Source: an uncultured Chloroflexia bacterium
GTDB taxonomy: Bacteria; Chloroflexota; Limnocylindria; Limnocylindrales; CSP1-4
Direction of reading: 5' to 3'
Assembly (NCBI GenBank): GCA_963736545.1
Contig: CAVTPA010000001.1
Coordinates: 1,793,660-1,857,659 of the forward strand
DNA: 64,000 nt
Shown here: positions 10,031 through 20,566 of the stretch, piece after piece
Layout: each line of letters starts with the position of its first letter
Numbering within the stretch: the stretch's first letter is position 1
Program-made: the position numbers and the translations under genes
Notes under the pieces: model-generated
Seen by the model: the letters and a program-made list of their open reading frames with translations, nothing else
Database searches by the model: none
Told to the model about the DNA's origin: nothing

Positions 10031-10501
10031 TCAGGCCGAGGCGACCTCCACGTTGTCGCCTTCGAACCCCGCGATCGCGCGGCGGTAGTCGTCCGGGATC
10101 GTCGCCGGCCGGCGGGTCGTCGCGTCGATGAGGACGAGCGTGGAGCGCGCCGTGCACATGAGCCGGTCGTCGTCCACGCGGTACGCCGCTCCGTCGGTCG
10201 TCACGCTCGTGCGGCCGATCCGGGTCGTCCGGACGAACACCTCGAGGAGGTCGTCGAAGCGGGCCGGGGCCTCGTACGTCACCTCGAGGGCGCGCATGAC
10301 GAACTCGAGGTCGCCCTGCCAGTACCCGACGAGCCCGAGGTGGCGGAGGTACTCGAGGCGGGCGTTGTCGAAGTACGGCATGTAGCGGCCGTAGTAGACG
10401 ACCCCCTGGGCGTCGGTGTCGGAGAACCAGACCCGCGACAGGGCGGAGTAGCGGTACGGCGGATGGCGGTCCGACAGGCGCCCGGTCTCGAGGTTCGTCA
10501 C
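10031..10501 (-). CDS. acyl-CoA thioesterase, 4HBT (YbgC/FadM-like) family
   Basis: The C-terminal 156 aa of ORF 10031..10708 contain the hotdog-fold motif VWFSDTDAQGVVYYGRYMPYFDNARLEYL. The start was set at GTG 10501 because upstream codons run through the tRNA fragment. The start is uncertain. Confidence 0.7.
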   Translation of the reverse strand: MTNLETGRLSDRHPPYRYSALSRVWFSDTDAQGVVYYGRYMPYFDNARLEYLRHLGLVGYWQGDLEFVMRALEVTYEAPARFDDLLEVFVRTTRIGRTSVTTDGAAYRVDDDRLMCTARSTLVLIDATTRRPATIPDDYRRAIAGFEGDNVEVASA

Positions 10502-10563
10502 GCGCGGATCGTACGCCCGGCACGGCCTCGGGGGGTGGCCTCCTGCCTGCGCTACGATGAGCG

Positions 10564-10605
10564 CCGCGCGCCCGTAGCTCAGCGGACAGAGCATCTGACT
10601 TCGGA
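10564..10605 (+). repeat. tRNA-Arg 5'-half fragment (putative attL core), direct repeat of 43118-43159
   Basis: 42/42 identity with the region covering 4 nt upstream plus tRNA positions 1-38 (acceptor 5' strand, D-arm, anticodon stem 5' strand and the whole loop CTTCGGA). No T-arm follows it, so it is not a functional tRNA. Confidence 0.9.
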
Positions 10606-10942
10606 CCATCGGGGGGACTGCGCAGCATCCCACGCTCCCGGACGGCTGCGGATCGGCCCTTGTTATCCGCTCGGTTCGTGCACTGGATCGGCCCGACCGG
10701 TCGGGCACCCCGGGGGAGTACCGCGGCTGTGTCGTTCTATGGCTTGTTGCGCTGGGCGGATGATCGATCAGTCATGGGCGCGAGCGTCCAGGCCGACCGC
10801 GGTTCCGCATCGCCACGGCCATCCCCTTCCCATTGGACCGCGCCCTGAAGTACCCAGCGGCAACCGTCCGGCCGCTTGACCTCGTTGAGTCCCATCGCAG
10901 GGCGGCTCGCCCCGATGGCTCGGCCACCAGCAGGCGGGGCGC

Positions 10943-11884
10943 TCAGCCTGGATGCGCGGGTGCCGGACCGGCGTCGTGCTCTTGTAGGAATTGCGTCACC
11001 GTCTCTGCGTCCGGGATTTCCTCCTGACCACCGGGAGTGGCTGCCGACAGCGCCGCGGCGGCGGACGCGCGAAGCACACGCTCGGGCAGGGCGAGGCCGT
11101 CGGCGAGCGCCGAGGCGTACGCGCCGTGGAACACGTCCCCGCAGCCGTTCGTGTCGACCACGCGAGCTGGCAGCGCCGCCTGGTGCTCCGGCGCACTCGA
11201 CGCTCCCTCGAGGTACCACGAGCCGGCCGCGCCACAGGTAACCACGACGGTCCGGCCCGAGGTCCGAAGCGCTCTGGCCGCCGCCACCGGGTCCGGCTCG
11301 CCGGTCAGCGACTCCGCGAAGGCGCTCGAGAGAATGAGGTGGTCCACGAGGCCCAGCAGGTCGTCTAGGCCGGGGGCGATAGCCCCCTCGAGGTCGGCCA
11401 CGACGGCGGCGCCGGCCTGCCGCGCGACCCGCGCGGCCCGGATCGTGAGTTCGAGCCGGAAATTGTCGACGAGGAGCACTCGCGTGCTGCGCAGGAGCTC
11501 GTCCGGGAGCCAGTCCTCGTCGGGTCCGACGACTGGAGACAAGTCGTAGAAGATCGTGCGGGTGTGTTCCGCATCATCAATCACGATGAACGAGAGCACC
11601 GGCCCCGCGCCGGGGTGGACGCGGACGTGGTCGACGTTCACGCCCTTCGAACGCAGCGCGTCCAGGACGAACCGCGACGACTCGTCCTCACCCACGATGC
11701 CGGCGTATGCGGCGCGCGACCCGAGGCATGCGGCGGCGACGAGCGCTGTGGCGTTGAGGCCGCCGCTGCGGCGGACTCGTCCGAGGATCGGCACCTTTGC
11801 GTCGGCGTGCGGGTAGCGGGCGACCCGCACGAGGTCGTCGATGGCCGCCAGGCCGAGCCCCACGACGTCGAAGGCCTCACGCAT
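10943..11884 (-). CDS. PfkB-family carbohydrate kinase (ribokinase-like)
   Basis: 313 aa. N-terminal VVGLGLAAIDDL, and a C-terminal VVDTNGCGDVFHGAYA (DTxGAGD-type anion-hole motif). Confidence 0.85.
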   Translation of the reverse strand: MREAFDVVGLGLAAIDDLVRVARYPHADAKVPILGRVRRSGGLNATALVAAACLGSRAAYAGIVGEDESSRFVLDALRSKGVNVDHVRVHPGAGPVLSFIVIDDAEHTRTIFYDLSPVVGPDEDWLPDELLRSTRVLLVDNFRLELTIRAARVARQAGAAVVADLEGAIAPGLDDLLGLVDHLILSSAFAESLTGEPDPVAAARALRTSGRTVVVTCGAAGSWYLEGASSAPEHQAALPARVVDTNGCGDVFHGAYASALADGLALPERVLRASAAAALSAATPGGQEEIPDAETVTQFLQEHDAGPAPAHPG

Positions 11885-11899
11885 CTGCGTGTCCGAGTG

Positions 11900-12760
11900 T
11901 CAGCCGGGGGTCGGAGCCGACGCGGGATCGAGCACGGCCATCGACGCCTCGACGTCCCGCGTGGTCATCGCGACCGAGAGCGCGCGGACCATTCGCGCGA
12001 CATCCGGCTGCTGCCAGATGTTCCGACCCATCGTAATTCCCGCCGCGCCGGCGTTCATCGAGTCGATGACGCTCGCAATGACCGCGCGCTGGGTGTCGCG
12101 CTTCGGGCCGCCGAGGACGACGACGGGGACGGGCGAGGTTCGGACGAGCTCGGCGAAGACCTCGTTGTCGCCGCTCCACTCGACCTTGACGATGTCGGCG
12201 CCCAGCTCGATCGCGATGCGCGCCCCATCGGCGGCGACCTCGGCGCGAAGGCGCGGATCCGACGGGATCCCGACTCCCCACAGGTAGGGCTCGATCATTA
12301 GTGGGAGCTCCCAGTGGCGGCACTGCTCTCCGGCCTTCGCCAGATAGGCCTGGTTCTGCAGCTGCTCCGCCCGACTGTCCAGACCCATGATCAGCATCGT
12401 CTTCGCGGCGTCGGCGCCGAGACGCATGGCCTCCTCGACACTGAACGCCGGGGCGTGCCCGACCGCAGGCCCGACATCATGCGGATCGCGATGGATCGTC
12501 TGGTCCAAGGCCAATATGAGGCCGGGGGCGCCCCGGTGGGCGAACAGCGGCGCCGAGCGGCGCGCGAGGCCGCCGGTCAGCAGGACCCCGTCGGGCTCGG
12601 CCGCCACGACCTTGGCGACGGTCGCGAGGGGGTCCTCGAACCCCTGATTCACGCCGCCGATTCCGTGGTCCATGGCGATGATGATCGAGTACCCGCGATC
12701 GCCGCCGAGCAGGCGGCCGAGACGTCGGGTCAAGCCCTGGGATCCAGCCGGTTTCAACAC
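11900..12760 (-). CDS. class I aldolase, DhnA/FbaB/LsrF (DeoC/LacD superfamily)
   Basis: Motifs IIIAMDHG and GADIVKVEW (Schiff-base Lys context), plus a C-terminal GITMGRNIWQ. The start was set at GTG 12760, preceded by AGGAGG. The longer ORF extends to 12916. Confidence 0.8.
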   Translation of the reverse strand: MLKPAGSQGLTRRLGRLLGGDRGYSIIIAMDHGIGGVNQGFEDPLATVAKVVAAEPDGVLLTGGLARRSAPLFAHRGAPGLILALDQTIHRDPHDVGPAVGHAPAFSVEEAMRLGADAAKTMLIMGLDSRAEQLQNQAYLAKAGEQCRHWELPLMIEPYLWGVGIPSDPRLRAEVAADGARIAIELGADIVKVEWSGDNEVFAELVRTSPVPVVVLGGPKRDTQRAVIASVIDSMNAGAAGITMGRNIWQQPDVARMVRALSVAMTTRDVEASMAVLDPASAPTPG

Positions 12761-12830
12761 GCCGTTCCTCCTGCGGTCGTCCCAACGCGCCTCCGGATGA
12801 ACCGGCGACCGCGTCGCCTTCGTGGAGTCC

Positions 12831-13493
12831 TCAAACGGCGCCCCGCCGGCCGGCTCCCGTCGTCCCTGCGAGGACACGCTTGGCGACGTCCACTGCCGAG
12901 CCGGCGTCCGGCGCATAGCCGTCGGCGCCGATCTGGCCGGCGTACTCCGCCGTCACCGGCGCGCCGCCGACGATGACCTTCACGTTGCCGAGATTCGCGC
13001 TTCGGATCGCCGTCACGACGTCGCGCATCCCGACCATCGTTGTCGTGAGCAGCGCGCTGACGCCCACGAGGTGCGCGTCGTGCTCCCGTGCCGCTTCGAC
13101 GAAGCGCTCGGCGGGTCACGTTGGTCCCGAGGTCGATGACCTCGATGTTGGCGCCCTTCCACATCATCGCGACGAGGTTCTTGCCGATGTCGTGGAGGTC
13201 GCCCTTGATGGTCCCGAGGACGGCGCGTCGCCTCCGGCCGGATCCCCGCGCTCGGCGAGGACCGGCTCGAGCACGGCCATCGCCTCCTTCATCGCCCGGG
13301 CGCTGATGAGCATCTCGGGCACGTAGATCTCGCCGCGCTGGAACCGGCCGCCGATCACGTCCATCGCCGCAGTCATCGCGTCGAGGATTGCCTGGGGGTC
13401 GACGCCCGCCTCGATTGCCTGCTTCGTGTGCAGGATGGCGTTCGTCCGGTCGCCGTCCTCAATCGCTTTCGTCAGTGCTGCAAGATCCGCCAT
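12831..13493 (-). pseudogene. corrinoid (B12-binding) protein, MtaC/MetH cap+Rossmann type, with at least 2 frameshifts
   Basis: Three consecutive frames each encode part of the protein:
- the helical cap (MADLAALTKAIEDGD...EIYVPEMLISARAMK)
- the DxHxxG loop (GTIKGDLHDIGKNLVAMMWKGANIEVIDLG)
- the rest of the Rossmann domain (GVSALLTTTMVGMRDV...VIVGGAPVT). Confidence 0.75.
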
Positions 13494-13545
13494 CGTCTTC
13501 TGCTCCGTATGGGCGCATCCAGGGCGCGACATGTCCACTGCGCCG

Positions 13546-14981
13546 TCAGCGGGCCTCGTCGGGGAGGAGACCGACGAGGCCCGCTGCGGCGTGGTGGTAG
13601 GTCTTCCAGCCCATGTACGTGCCGAAGGCCTCGTCGACCGCGTCGGCCACGAGGGATCGGTTCATCGGCGACGTGGTGCTCGAAGCCGCTCCGACAGATG
13701 TGGCGCAGGAGGCTTCTGGAGCCCGGGGATCTCGACGACGGCGCGCGTGCCGTACGTGTCGAGCGGATCGTCGGTCATCCGACCCTCACCGACGTAGGCC
13801 CGGATCTCGCCCCGACGATCGTCGGTGGTGATGCGGGCGAACGTCATCGGGCCCGACGAGGCCCGCCCGTGCAGCGTCCCCCAGCTGTTGAGGAGGTCCG
13901 GCGACGCGTGCTGCCCGAAGTCGAGGTCCGGGACGAACGACTTGGCGAAGTAGCCGCAGTGCCAGAAGACGCACTTGTCGCGCTCGCGGCCGTAGTTGTT
14001 GTTCCAGTCCGCCAGCGTGCTCGCCGTGCCGGACGCGAGCTTGAGGGCGTACATCGCGACGAGGCCCGGTGACGTCGGCCTCGCACGCCGCGGGCATGAG
14101 GTTGTCGCTCATCAGGCTCATGACGCCGCACGCGCTGAAGCCGAAGTTGCGCTGCATCGAGTCCCAGCACTGGATGGCCGCCCCGCAGGCCGTTGTCCTC
14201 CATCCAGTCGTCCAGCACGACCGCGACAGCCTGGCCATCCGCAGGAGCGGCTCCTCGGGCACGCCGTCGATCGTCACGTAGGCTCCGAAGGTCCTCCAGC
14301 TTCCGCTCGACCCTCGCGTCCGATAGGGAGAGCCGCTCGACCCGTCCGAGGACGTCCGAGAGGTCGATGACGCTCACGCTGATGCCGGACGCCTCGAGGA
14401 GCTTCTCGCTGAAGCGCACGGTCCTGAACGCATCTGGTCGGGTCCCGACCATCCCCAGCCTCGCGCCGCGGAGACCGCGCACGACACGGCAGGTCGAGAC
14501 GAAGCGCCGGAGATCGTCGCCGAACTCGTGCCCGCCGGATCGACCGTGTGGACCGAGGTCAGGCTGAACGGCACCCGTACTGGGTCAGGTTGTTGCAGAC
14601 GGACACCTTGCCGCAGAAGGAATCCCGCCGCGCTCGAAGGTGAGGTTCTCGAAATCGTCCGGGAACGCGTGGACGAGGATCGGCACGTTGAGGCCGGCCA
14701 GCCGGATGGCATCGGCGATTCCCTTCTCGTCGCCGAAGTTGGGCAGCGAGACGAGGATGCCGTCGATCCGCTCGGCTTCGTCACGGAACAGGCGGGCGCA
14801 CGCTGGGCCTCCTCCCAGGTCTCGACGGCGCCGAGCCGGGTCAGGGACTCATCGGGCGCCACGACATCGACGCCGAGCTCCTCCAGGCGACGAGGAGGAC
14901 CGCACGTCCCTCGGCCACCAGGCGGGCCGGGAACCCGGAGCGATTGCCGACGATCAAGCCGAGGACTGGTCGCTCGGCCAT
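13546..14981 (-). pseudogene. L-fucose/L-arabinose isomerase-family gene, heavily frameshifted
   Basis: Family-typical segments are scattered over all three minus frames. They include [101 protein letters not shown], and MYALKLASG...WNNNYGRERDKCVFWHCG. Roughly 8 or more frame changes are needed to join them. Confidence 0.7.
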
Positions 14982-14999
14982 GTGACTGACTCCTCTGCG

Positions 15000-16167
15000 G
15001 TCGGTTGGCCAGGCGTCTCGGCGGTAGGCGGCTTGTCGGGCGGAGAGTTTGCCCTGATGGCCCGGAGCGCATCGCGGCCCACCGCGGCGCCGTCCCGGTG
15101 GTGGGTCTGCGTCCGCCCCACGGTCGCGATCGTCGGGCGGGGCACGTGCACAGGATGGTTCCCGTCCGGCGCAGCCCGGCCAGCAGGTCGGTGAAGTAGC
15201 CCCCGATGTCGAGCGGCGGTGTAGTCGCTCAGCATGAGGGCGATCCGACCCTCGAAGAGCTGCTGGGCCCGGAACACCTGCGCGAAGTCACCCATGCACC
15301 AGTTGTTGATGCCGGTGAGCCCGTCGGTCGCGAGGAAGTTCTCGAGCTGGTGCGCTGCGCTGCCGCAGTAGTGAAGGGTCCCGCCGCCGAAGGCCCGAAA
15401 GACGCGCGAGTTGTACGGCACGACGAACTGCCGGTACAGGTGCGGCGACATGATGGTGCAGTCGTCGTCCGAGATCCAGACTCCGCCGAAGCCCTCCGGC
15501 AGCACCGTGAAATGGGGGAAGGCCCCGGACTCGAGCGGCTGCCCGGCGTGCTGCTTCTGGACCTTCACCCAGTCGATGAGGACGGTGGTGCAGAAGTCCA
15601 TCAGCTCGTGGACGGCCGTCGGGTAGTCGTACATCCACAGGCTGATGGCCTCGACCCCGACGAGGTTCAGCGCGATGTTGAAGGGGCCCTGGCAATCCGT
15701 CACGGAGACCGGCAGGTCGCTGTGCGCGCGCATGTAGTCGATGCAGCGCAGGACGCGCGGCATGAGCCCGTCGCGGTACGGGTCCGGCGGAACGAGCCCG
15801 CCGACTCTCCTCGGGCTGCCCGATGATCGGCCCCCCGGACCGCCGGCTCGTCCTTGGGCTGGAACAGGATGTCGCAGCCCAGCGCCGAGGGCACGACGCC
15901 GGTGCCGTACCAGGGGAAGAGGAACGGGACGTAGTCGTCGTCGTACCGCTCCAGGTGCGCGGCGATCTTCCGGACCTGGTAGTCGACCATCGTGCCGAAC
16001 GACGCCTCGGCGAAGTAGTCGTCGGGGATCGAGCCCGGCTCCTCGCCCGTGATCGAGTAGTTGACGTCCTGGATCACGATCGCCGGATCGTCGATGTCCA
16101 GGTGCCGGTACGCGGCGTCGACCCGCTCGGTGGCGCGAGCGAAGCGGGCACGGTTGGCGGCATCCAT
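15000..16167 (-). pseudogene. URO-D/MtaA-family protein, frameshifted (3' end approximate)
   Basis: The N-terminal part (MDAANRARFARATERV...FLFPWYGTGVVPSALGCDILF) is in one frame. The core (MPRVLRCIDYMRAH...GGTLHYCGSAAHQLENF...) is in another. A further shift occurs near the C-terminus. Confidence 0.6.
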
Positions 16168-16261
16168 CAGCGTCAGCACGTCGAGTCTCCGTCCCCTGGT
16201 GTCGCGCTCGCCGCAGGGCATCCTGCGTGTCGGCTCCGGCGGGCTGCCACACCGGTCTCTC

Positions 16262-17416
16262 TCACGGCGCCTTCCCGAGTGGGGACGCGCCGCGCGGAGG
16301 TGCGCAGGAGTCGCGGACGATCAGCCCCGGCCGCACGACCTGGGCCGCGAACGGGAGGTGCCGATTTTCCGGGGCGACCCGCAAGATCGCCTCTTCGACG
16401 GCGATCTCCGCGATCTCCAGGACCGGCATGTGCACGGTCGTCAGCGCCGGGTTCATGAACGCCGAGACGGGCAGGTCGTCGAAGCCGACGACCGAGACGT
16501 CCTCGGGCACTCCGAGGCCGCTGACCGCGGCGGCGTGTAGCGCACCGATAGCCATGATGTCGGTGGAGGCGATGACTGCAGTGGGCGGCTCGGGCAGGGA
16601 CATCAGCTCGAGCATCGCCGCGCCGGCCGACGCCGGGTCGTTGATCGACCACCGGCAATACGTGGCCGGGGTTGGGAGCTCGTGTGCGGCCATGGCCTCG
16701 AGCCACGCGATGCGCCGCTCCACGAAGTCCACGAACCGGCGGCCCGCGATCATCCCGACCCGGTGGTGCCCGAGGCCAATCAGGTACTCGACGGCCTCCG
16801 TCACCCCTGCCCGGTTGTCGACGCCAACGACCGGCATGCCGAGGCGCCGCGACCCGGCCCAGGCAGCGACGGTCGGAACCTGGGTCTTCGCGAGCTCGGC
16901 CATGAGTCGCGGCTGGTCGCGCATCTCCCCGAGCAGGATGATCGCGTCGCAGTGGCGCGTCTCAAGGACAGCGGTAAGGGCCACGGCCTCGTCGGCCTCG
17001 CCATGGACGGTGCCGAGGACTACGTTGTAGCCGTACGCCCGGGCGGCGTGAGTGAGCGCCTCCAGAATGCCGGAATAGAGTGGATCCTTGATGTCGCGCA
17101 CGATGACGCCGAGCAGCATCGTCGCGGCGCCGCGCAGCCCACGTGCGAGGGGATTCGGCCGGTAGCCGACCTTCTCGGCGGCGGCGACGACGCGGTCTCT
17201 CGTGCCCTTCGCGATCGGGATCGCCGAAGGACGCCCGCTGAGCACACGCGACACGGTGCTCTGGGACACGCCGGCCACCGCGGCGATGTCGCGCATCGTT
17301 GGCACGTCACCAGCTTCAAGCCGTTTGCGCGCCGCCCGGCGCTCCCCGGCAGCCGCGGGCAGGTTCACTTCCGTATCTCGCCAGACCGTGGCACCGCGCG
17401 AGGGCCGCCGGACCAT
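16262..17416 (-). CDS. LacI-family transcriptional regulator
   Basis: HTH TMRDIAAVAGVSQSTVSRVLSG, followed by a periplasmic-binding-protein-like sugar-binding core. The N-terminal extension before the HTH may not be translated. Confidence 0.9.
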   Translation of the reverse strand: MVRRPSRGATVWRDTEVNLPAAAGERRAARKRLEAGDVPTMRDIAAVAGVSQSTVSRVLSGRPSAIPIAKGTRDRVVAAAEKVGYRPNPLARGLRGAATMLLGVIVRDIKDPLYSGILEALTHAARAYGYNVVLGTVHGEADEAVALTAVLETRHCDAIILLGEMRDQPRLMAELAKTQVPTVAAWAGSRRLGMPVVGVDNRAGVTEAVEYLIGLGHHRVGMIAGRRFVDFVERRIAWLEAMAAHELPTPATYCRWSINDPASAGAAMLELMSLPEPPTAVIASTDIMAIGALHAAAVSGLGVPEDVSVVGFDDLPVSAFMNPALTTVHMPVLEIAEIAVEEAILRVAPENRHLPFAAQVVRPGLIVRDSCAPPRGASPLGKAP

Positions 17417-17474
17417 GGCTGGTTCCCGAGTGGCCAGACTGGACGCCTGATCCCCAACATGCCCACGACAAGCA

Positions 17475-17503
17475 TTGACAGCATAGCTATGACAGCATAC
17501 GAT
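17475..17503 (+). promoter_or_regulatory. candidate sigma70-type promoter with an embedded palindromic operator
   Basis: TTGACA (17475-17480), a 17-bp spacer, then TACGAT (17498-17503), reading toward the ABC transporter genes. The spacer contains the perfect 10-bp palindrome CATAGCTATG (17482-17491) and the direct repeat GACAGCATA x2. The region is locally AT-rich and lies between divergent lacI and the substrate-binding-protein gene. Confidence 0.4.
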
Positions 17504-17606
17504 TGCGCCGCTCTTTCGTCAAGGCTGGAAGCAGCATGAGGCGCGCATGAGCTGACTCAATTGACGGTCCATCCGGAGGGGGACAGTCCGATTGGTAGGA
17601 GGAGCT

Positions 17607-18629
17607 ATGCGCGTGTTCAAGCCGCTCACCGCCTTGGTCGTTCTAGCCCTGGCGGTCGGCGCGTGCAGCAGCGGCGCGACGAGCGCCCCGTCTGCGGATG
17701 CCCCGGCGACCGCCGCCCCGGCGACCGCCGCTCCCGAAACGCCCGCCCCCGAAACGCCGGCGGCCGCGAAGAAGATCACTTACGTCGCCGCCCTCATCGC
17801 CGACGCGAACTGGCAGGGCGTCAACAAGTGCGTCGAGTCGAAGAGCAAGGAGCTCGGCTACGAGCTCACGATGGTGGCGCCGATCAACGAGACCGCGAGC
17901 ACCGCCGACATGGTGTCGCTCACGGAGCAGGCGATCGCGGCCGGCACCGAAGGGCTCATCGTCGTGCCGCTCGTCGCGGAGTCGTGGAACGCCGTCCTGG
18001 CAACAGCGAAGGAGAAGGGAATCCCCGTCATCGCGATGGGCGTGGATACCAGCACTCCGGACCAGCGGAACGCGTTCGTGGGGACAGACTTCGATGCCTT
18101 CGGCGCCCAGGCCGCCGAGCTCGTCGCGGAGGCCAAGGACGGCAAGGCCAAGGTCGGCATCCTCTACTCCGGCCCCGAGACCACGAACCAGGTCCAGTCG
18201 ATCAAGGTCTTCCGAGAGCTCATCGCCGAGAAGTACCCCGACATCGAGATCATCGGCGACGACACGATCCTGTCTCCGGGCGGCAACCGCGACCTGGTGA
18301 AGACGACCGAGGTCGCGCGCGGGTTCATGACCGCCTATCCGGAGGTCGATACCATCTGGTCGCCCGACGGGCAGGGCGGCATCGCGGCGGCGAACGCCGC
18401 TCGCGAAATGGGCAAGCAGCCCGGTGAGATCACCATCATCGGAGCCGACCACCTTCCACAGGTCGCGGACGACCTCGCGAAGGGTTGGCAGTACGCGAGC
18501 ATCGCGTTCGTCGGCTGTGGTTGGGGCGAGGGCACCGTCAATGCGCTCGACGCCCACTTCAAGGGCACCCTCGAGGAGGGAGCCACGATCTACACAGAGA
18601 ACACCGTCTACACCCAAGAGAACCCGTAG
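17607..18629 (+). CDS. sugar ABC transporter substrate-binding lipoprotein
   Basis: ATG 17607 follows AGGAGG. The signal peptide and lipobox read LALAVGAC/SSG. The body is Peripla_BP-type. ORF track 17592 is a TTG start 5 codons upstream. Confidence 0.85.
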   Translation: MRVFKPLTALVVLALAVGACSSGATSAPSADAPATAAPATAAPETPAPETPAAAKKITYVAALIADANWQGVNKCVESKSKELGYELTMVAPINETASTADMVSLTEQAIAAGTEGLIVVPLVAESWNAVLATAKEKGIPVIAMGVDTSTPDQRNAFVGTDFDAFGAQAAELVAEAKDGKAKVGILYSGPETTNQVQSIKVFRELIAEKYPDIEIIGDDTILSPGGNRDLVKTTEVARGFMTAYPEVDTIWSPDGQGGIAAANAAREMGKQPGEITIIGADHLPQVADDLAKGWQYASIAFVGCGWGEGTVNALDAHFKGTLEEGATIYTENTVYTQENP

Positions 18630-18650
18630 GAGCGTCGGAGTCATCGACTG

Positions 18651-19443
18651 ATGGCACTCGCCGCTGACACCGGCGACCAAGCGAAGGGAGCGGAGTCCGA
18701 GAAGCTCCTCGGACTCCGCTCAGTTTCCAAGTCGTACGGATATATTCAGGCCTTGTCCGACGTCGATTTCGACCTCGGGCCTGGGGAGATCGTCGCCCTC
18801 GTTGGGGACAACGGCGCCGGCAAGTCGACGATCGTGAAGATCCTCTCGGGCGTCATCACCCCCGACACCGGCGACGATCCTGGTGCATGGCCGCGAGACG
18901 GTCTTCGCAAGCCCGCACGACGCGTACTCGCGCGGGACGTTCACCGTGTTCCAGGACCTTGCGCTCGTCGAGGCTCTCGACGTGGGGCGCAACGTCTTCC
19001 TCGGTCGCGAGCCCTCGCGTTTCGGGCTGGTCCGACGCCGGCAGCTGGACCGCGAGGCGCTCGCGGTCTTCACGACGTTTGGCATCAAGGTCCCGTCCAT
19101 GGGCCGGACCGTCGCCCTGCTGTCCGGCGGCCAGCGGCAGGGCGTGGCCATCGCACGGGCAATCCTCCGCGGTGCATCTGCTGTCATCATGGACGAGCCG
19201 ACCGCGGCACTGGGCGTGCGCGAGACCGCCCACGTCCTGGACATCATGCGTCAGCTTAGAGATCAGGGGCGCGGCGTCCTCGTCGTCAGCCACAACCTCG
19301 ATCTCGTGTTTGATGTCGCCGACCGGATCCAAGTGCTCAGGCTGGGACGCACGGCCGGGATTCGCCAGACCTCGAACACCACGCACGCCGAGATCGTCCA
19401 CCTCATCATGGGCGTCGAAGGCACGAACGGAGCGGGCGCATGA
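18651..19443 (+). pseudogene. ABC transporter ATP-binding protein (single NBD) with one frameshift near 18876
   Basis: Walker [10 protein letters not shown] is in frame 0. The Q-loop, signature LSGGQRQG, Walker [11 protein letters not shown] and H-loop SHNL are in frame +1. The junction reads ...ITPDTGD / [10 protein letters not shown]. The span is 793 nt (3n+1). This could be an assembly indel. Confidence 0.8.
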
Positions 19444-20498
19444 CACCGAGCGGCGGCGCTACCCCCGACGGCGGCGCGCTCCCTGTGGCTGATGCCGCGG
19501 GCCGAGACTCCGGCCGATCGGGCGTCCAGCGACGCCTCGGGTCGCTCGTGACGCGAGGCCTCCTCTCGCCCGAGATCTCGCTGGTCGTTGCGATCATCGT
19601 GCTCGGCGCCATCATCCAGTTCCAGAACCCGGTCTTCCTGACGTTCGACAACCTCATCCTGGTCCTGAAGGCCGCTGCGCCGACCTTCGTCATGGCTGTC
19701 GGGATGACGTTCGTCCTCATCGCGGGGGGCATCGATCTGTCGGTCGGCTCGATGTCCGCCCTCGGTGGCGTCATTGCGGCAATGGCGCTGACGGCCGGCT
19801 TCCCGATCCCTATCGCCATCCTTGGTGGGCTTCTCGTCGGCGTGTGCGTCGGGACGGTCGTGGGCTTTCTTGTCAGCTGGGCTCGCATCCCCGCACTCAT
19901 CGTCACGCTCGGCGCGCTCTACGTGGTTCGGGGTATCGACCTCGTCATCACGGGAGGCGTGCAGATCTTCCCGTTGCCTGACACGTACATCTACCTCGGC
20001 CAGGGCAGCTTCTTCAGCGTCCCGTTCCTCGTCATCTACGCGATCGTCATCGGCCTCGCCGCCCACGTGCTCCTCGAGAACTCGACGTACGGCTACCACC
20101 TCCGGGCGGTCGGCGGCAACATCGCGGCAGCGCGGGCAGCGGGGATCAATGTGCGCCGAGTGACCCTGTCCGTCTACGTGCTGTGCGCCACCATGGCCGC
20201 TCTTGCCGGGATCATGATCTCGGCGAAGACCCAGGTCGGCGACCCGGCATCGGGTCAGGGCACGGAGATCGCGGTCATCTCGGCCGTGATCGTCGGTGGT
20301 GCCAGCCTGTTCGGTGCCATCGGTTCGATCACAGGCACGGCCCTCGGCGTGCTCCTGATCGCGCTCATCCAGAACGGCCTCCTGCTGATGAGGGTCTCCT
20401 CGTACTGGCAGTTCGTCGTGCTCGGCACCGTCGTCATCGGGGCCGTGGCGATCGATTCGGTTCGCCGGCAGCGGGTGTGGCTCTCCAAGCAGACGTAG
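19440..20498 (+). CDS. sugar ABC transporter permease (RbsC/AraH type)
   Basis: 352 aa polytopic protein. Overlaps the ATPase stop by 4 bp. Typical GGIDLSVGS motif. Confidence 0.9.
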   Translation: MTPSGGATPDGGALPVADAAGRDSGRSGVQRRLGSLVTRGLLSPEISLVVAIIVLGAIIQFQNPVFLTFDNLILVLKAAAPTFVMAVGMTFVLIAGGIDLSVGSMSALGGVIAAMALTAGFPIPIAILGGLLVGVCVGTVVGFLVSWARIPALIVTLGALYVVRGIDLVITGGVQIFPLPDTYIYLGQGSFFSVPFLVIYAIVIGLAAHVLLENSTYGYHLRAVGGNIAAARAAGINVRRVTLSVYVLCATMAALAGIMISAKTQVGDPASGQGTEIAVISAVIVGGASLFGAIGSITGTALGVLLIALIQNGLLLMRVSSYWQFVVLGTVVIGAVAIDSVRRQRVWLSKQT

Positions 20499-20566
20499 GC
20501 AACGCGCGGATGGCTCCGCGCCGCTCGAACGTTTGAGGCGCGCCCGGCGCGCAGCGAGGACCCGCG

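Noticed and set aside
10566-10640. A second tRNA-Arg gene
   Set aside because: Only positions 1-38 match the tRNA. The downstream sequence has no anticodon-stem 3' strand, T-arm (no TTCGAAT) or acceptor 3' strand. It is a fragment (att-type repeat).
18870-18880. Programmed ribosomal frameshifting as an explanation for the split genes (ABC ATPase, transketolase-N, RpiR and others)
   Set aside because: No slippery heptamer or downstream structure is evident at the junctions. The events have different signs and contexts, including a 7-bp duplication and G-runs. Mutation or assembly error is the simpler explanation.
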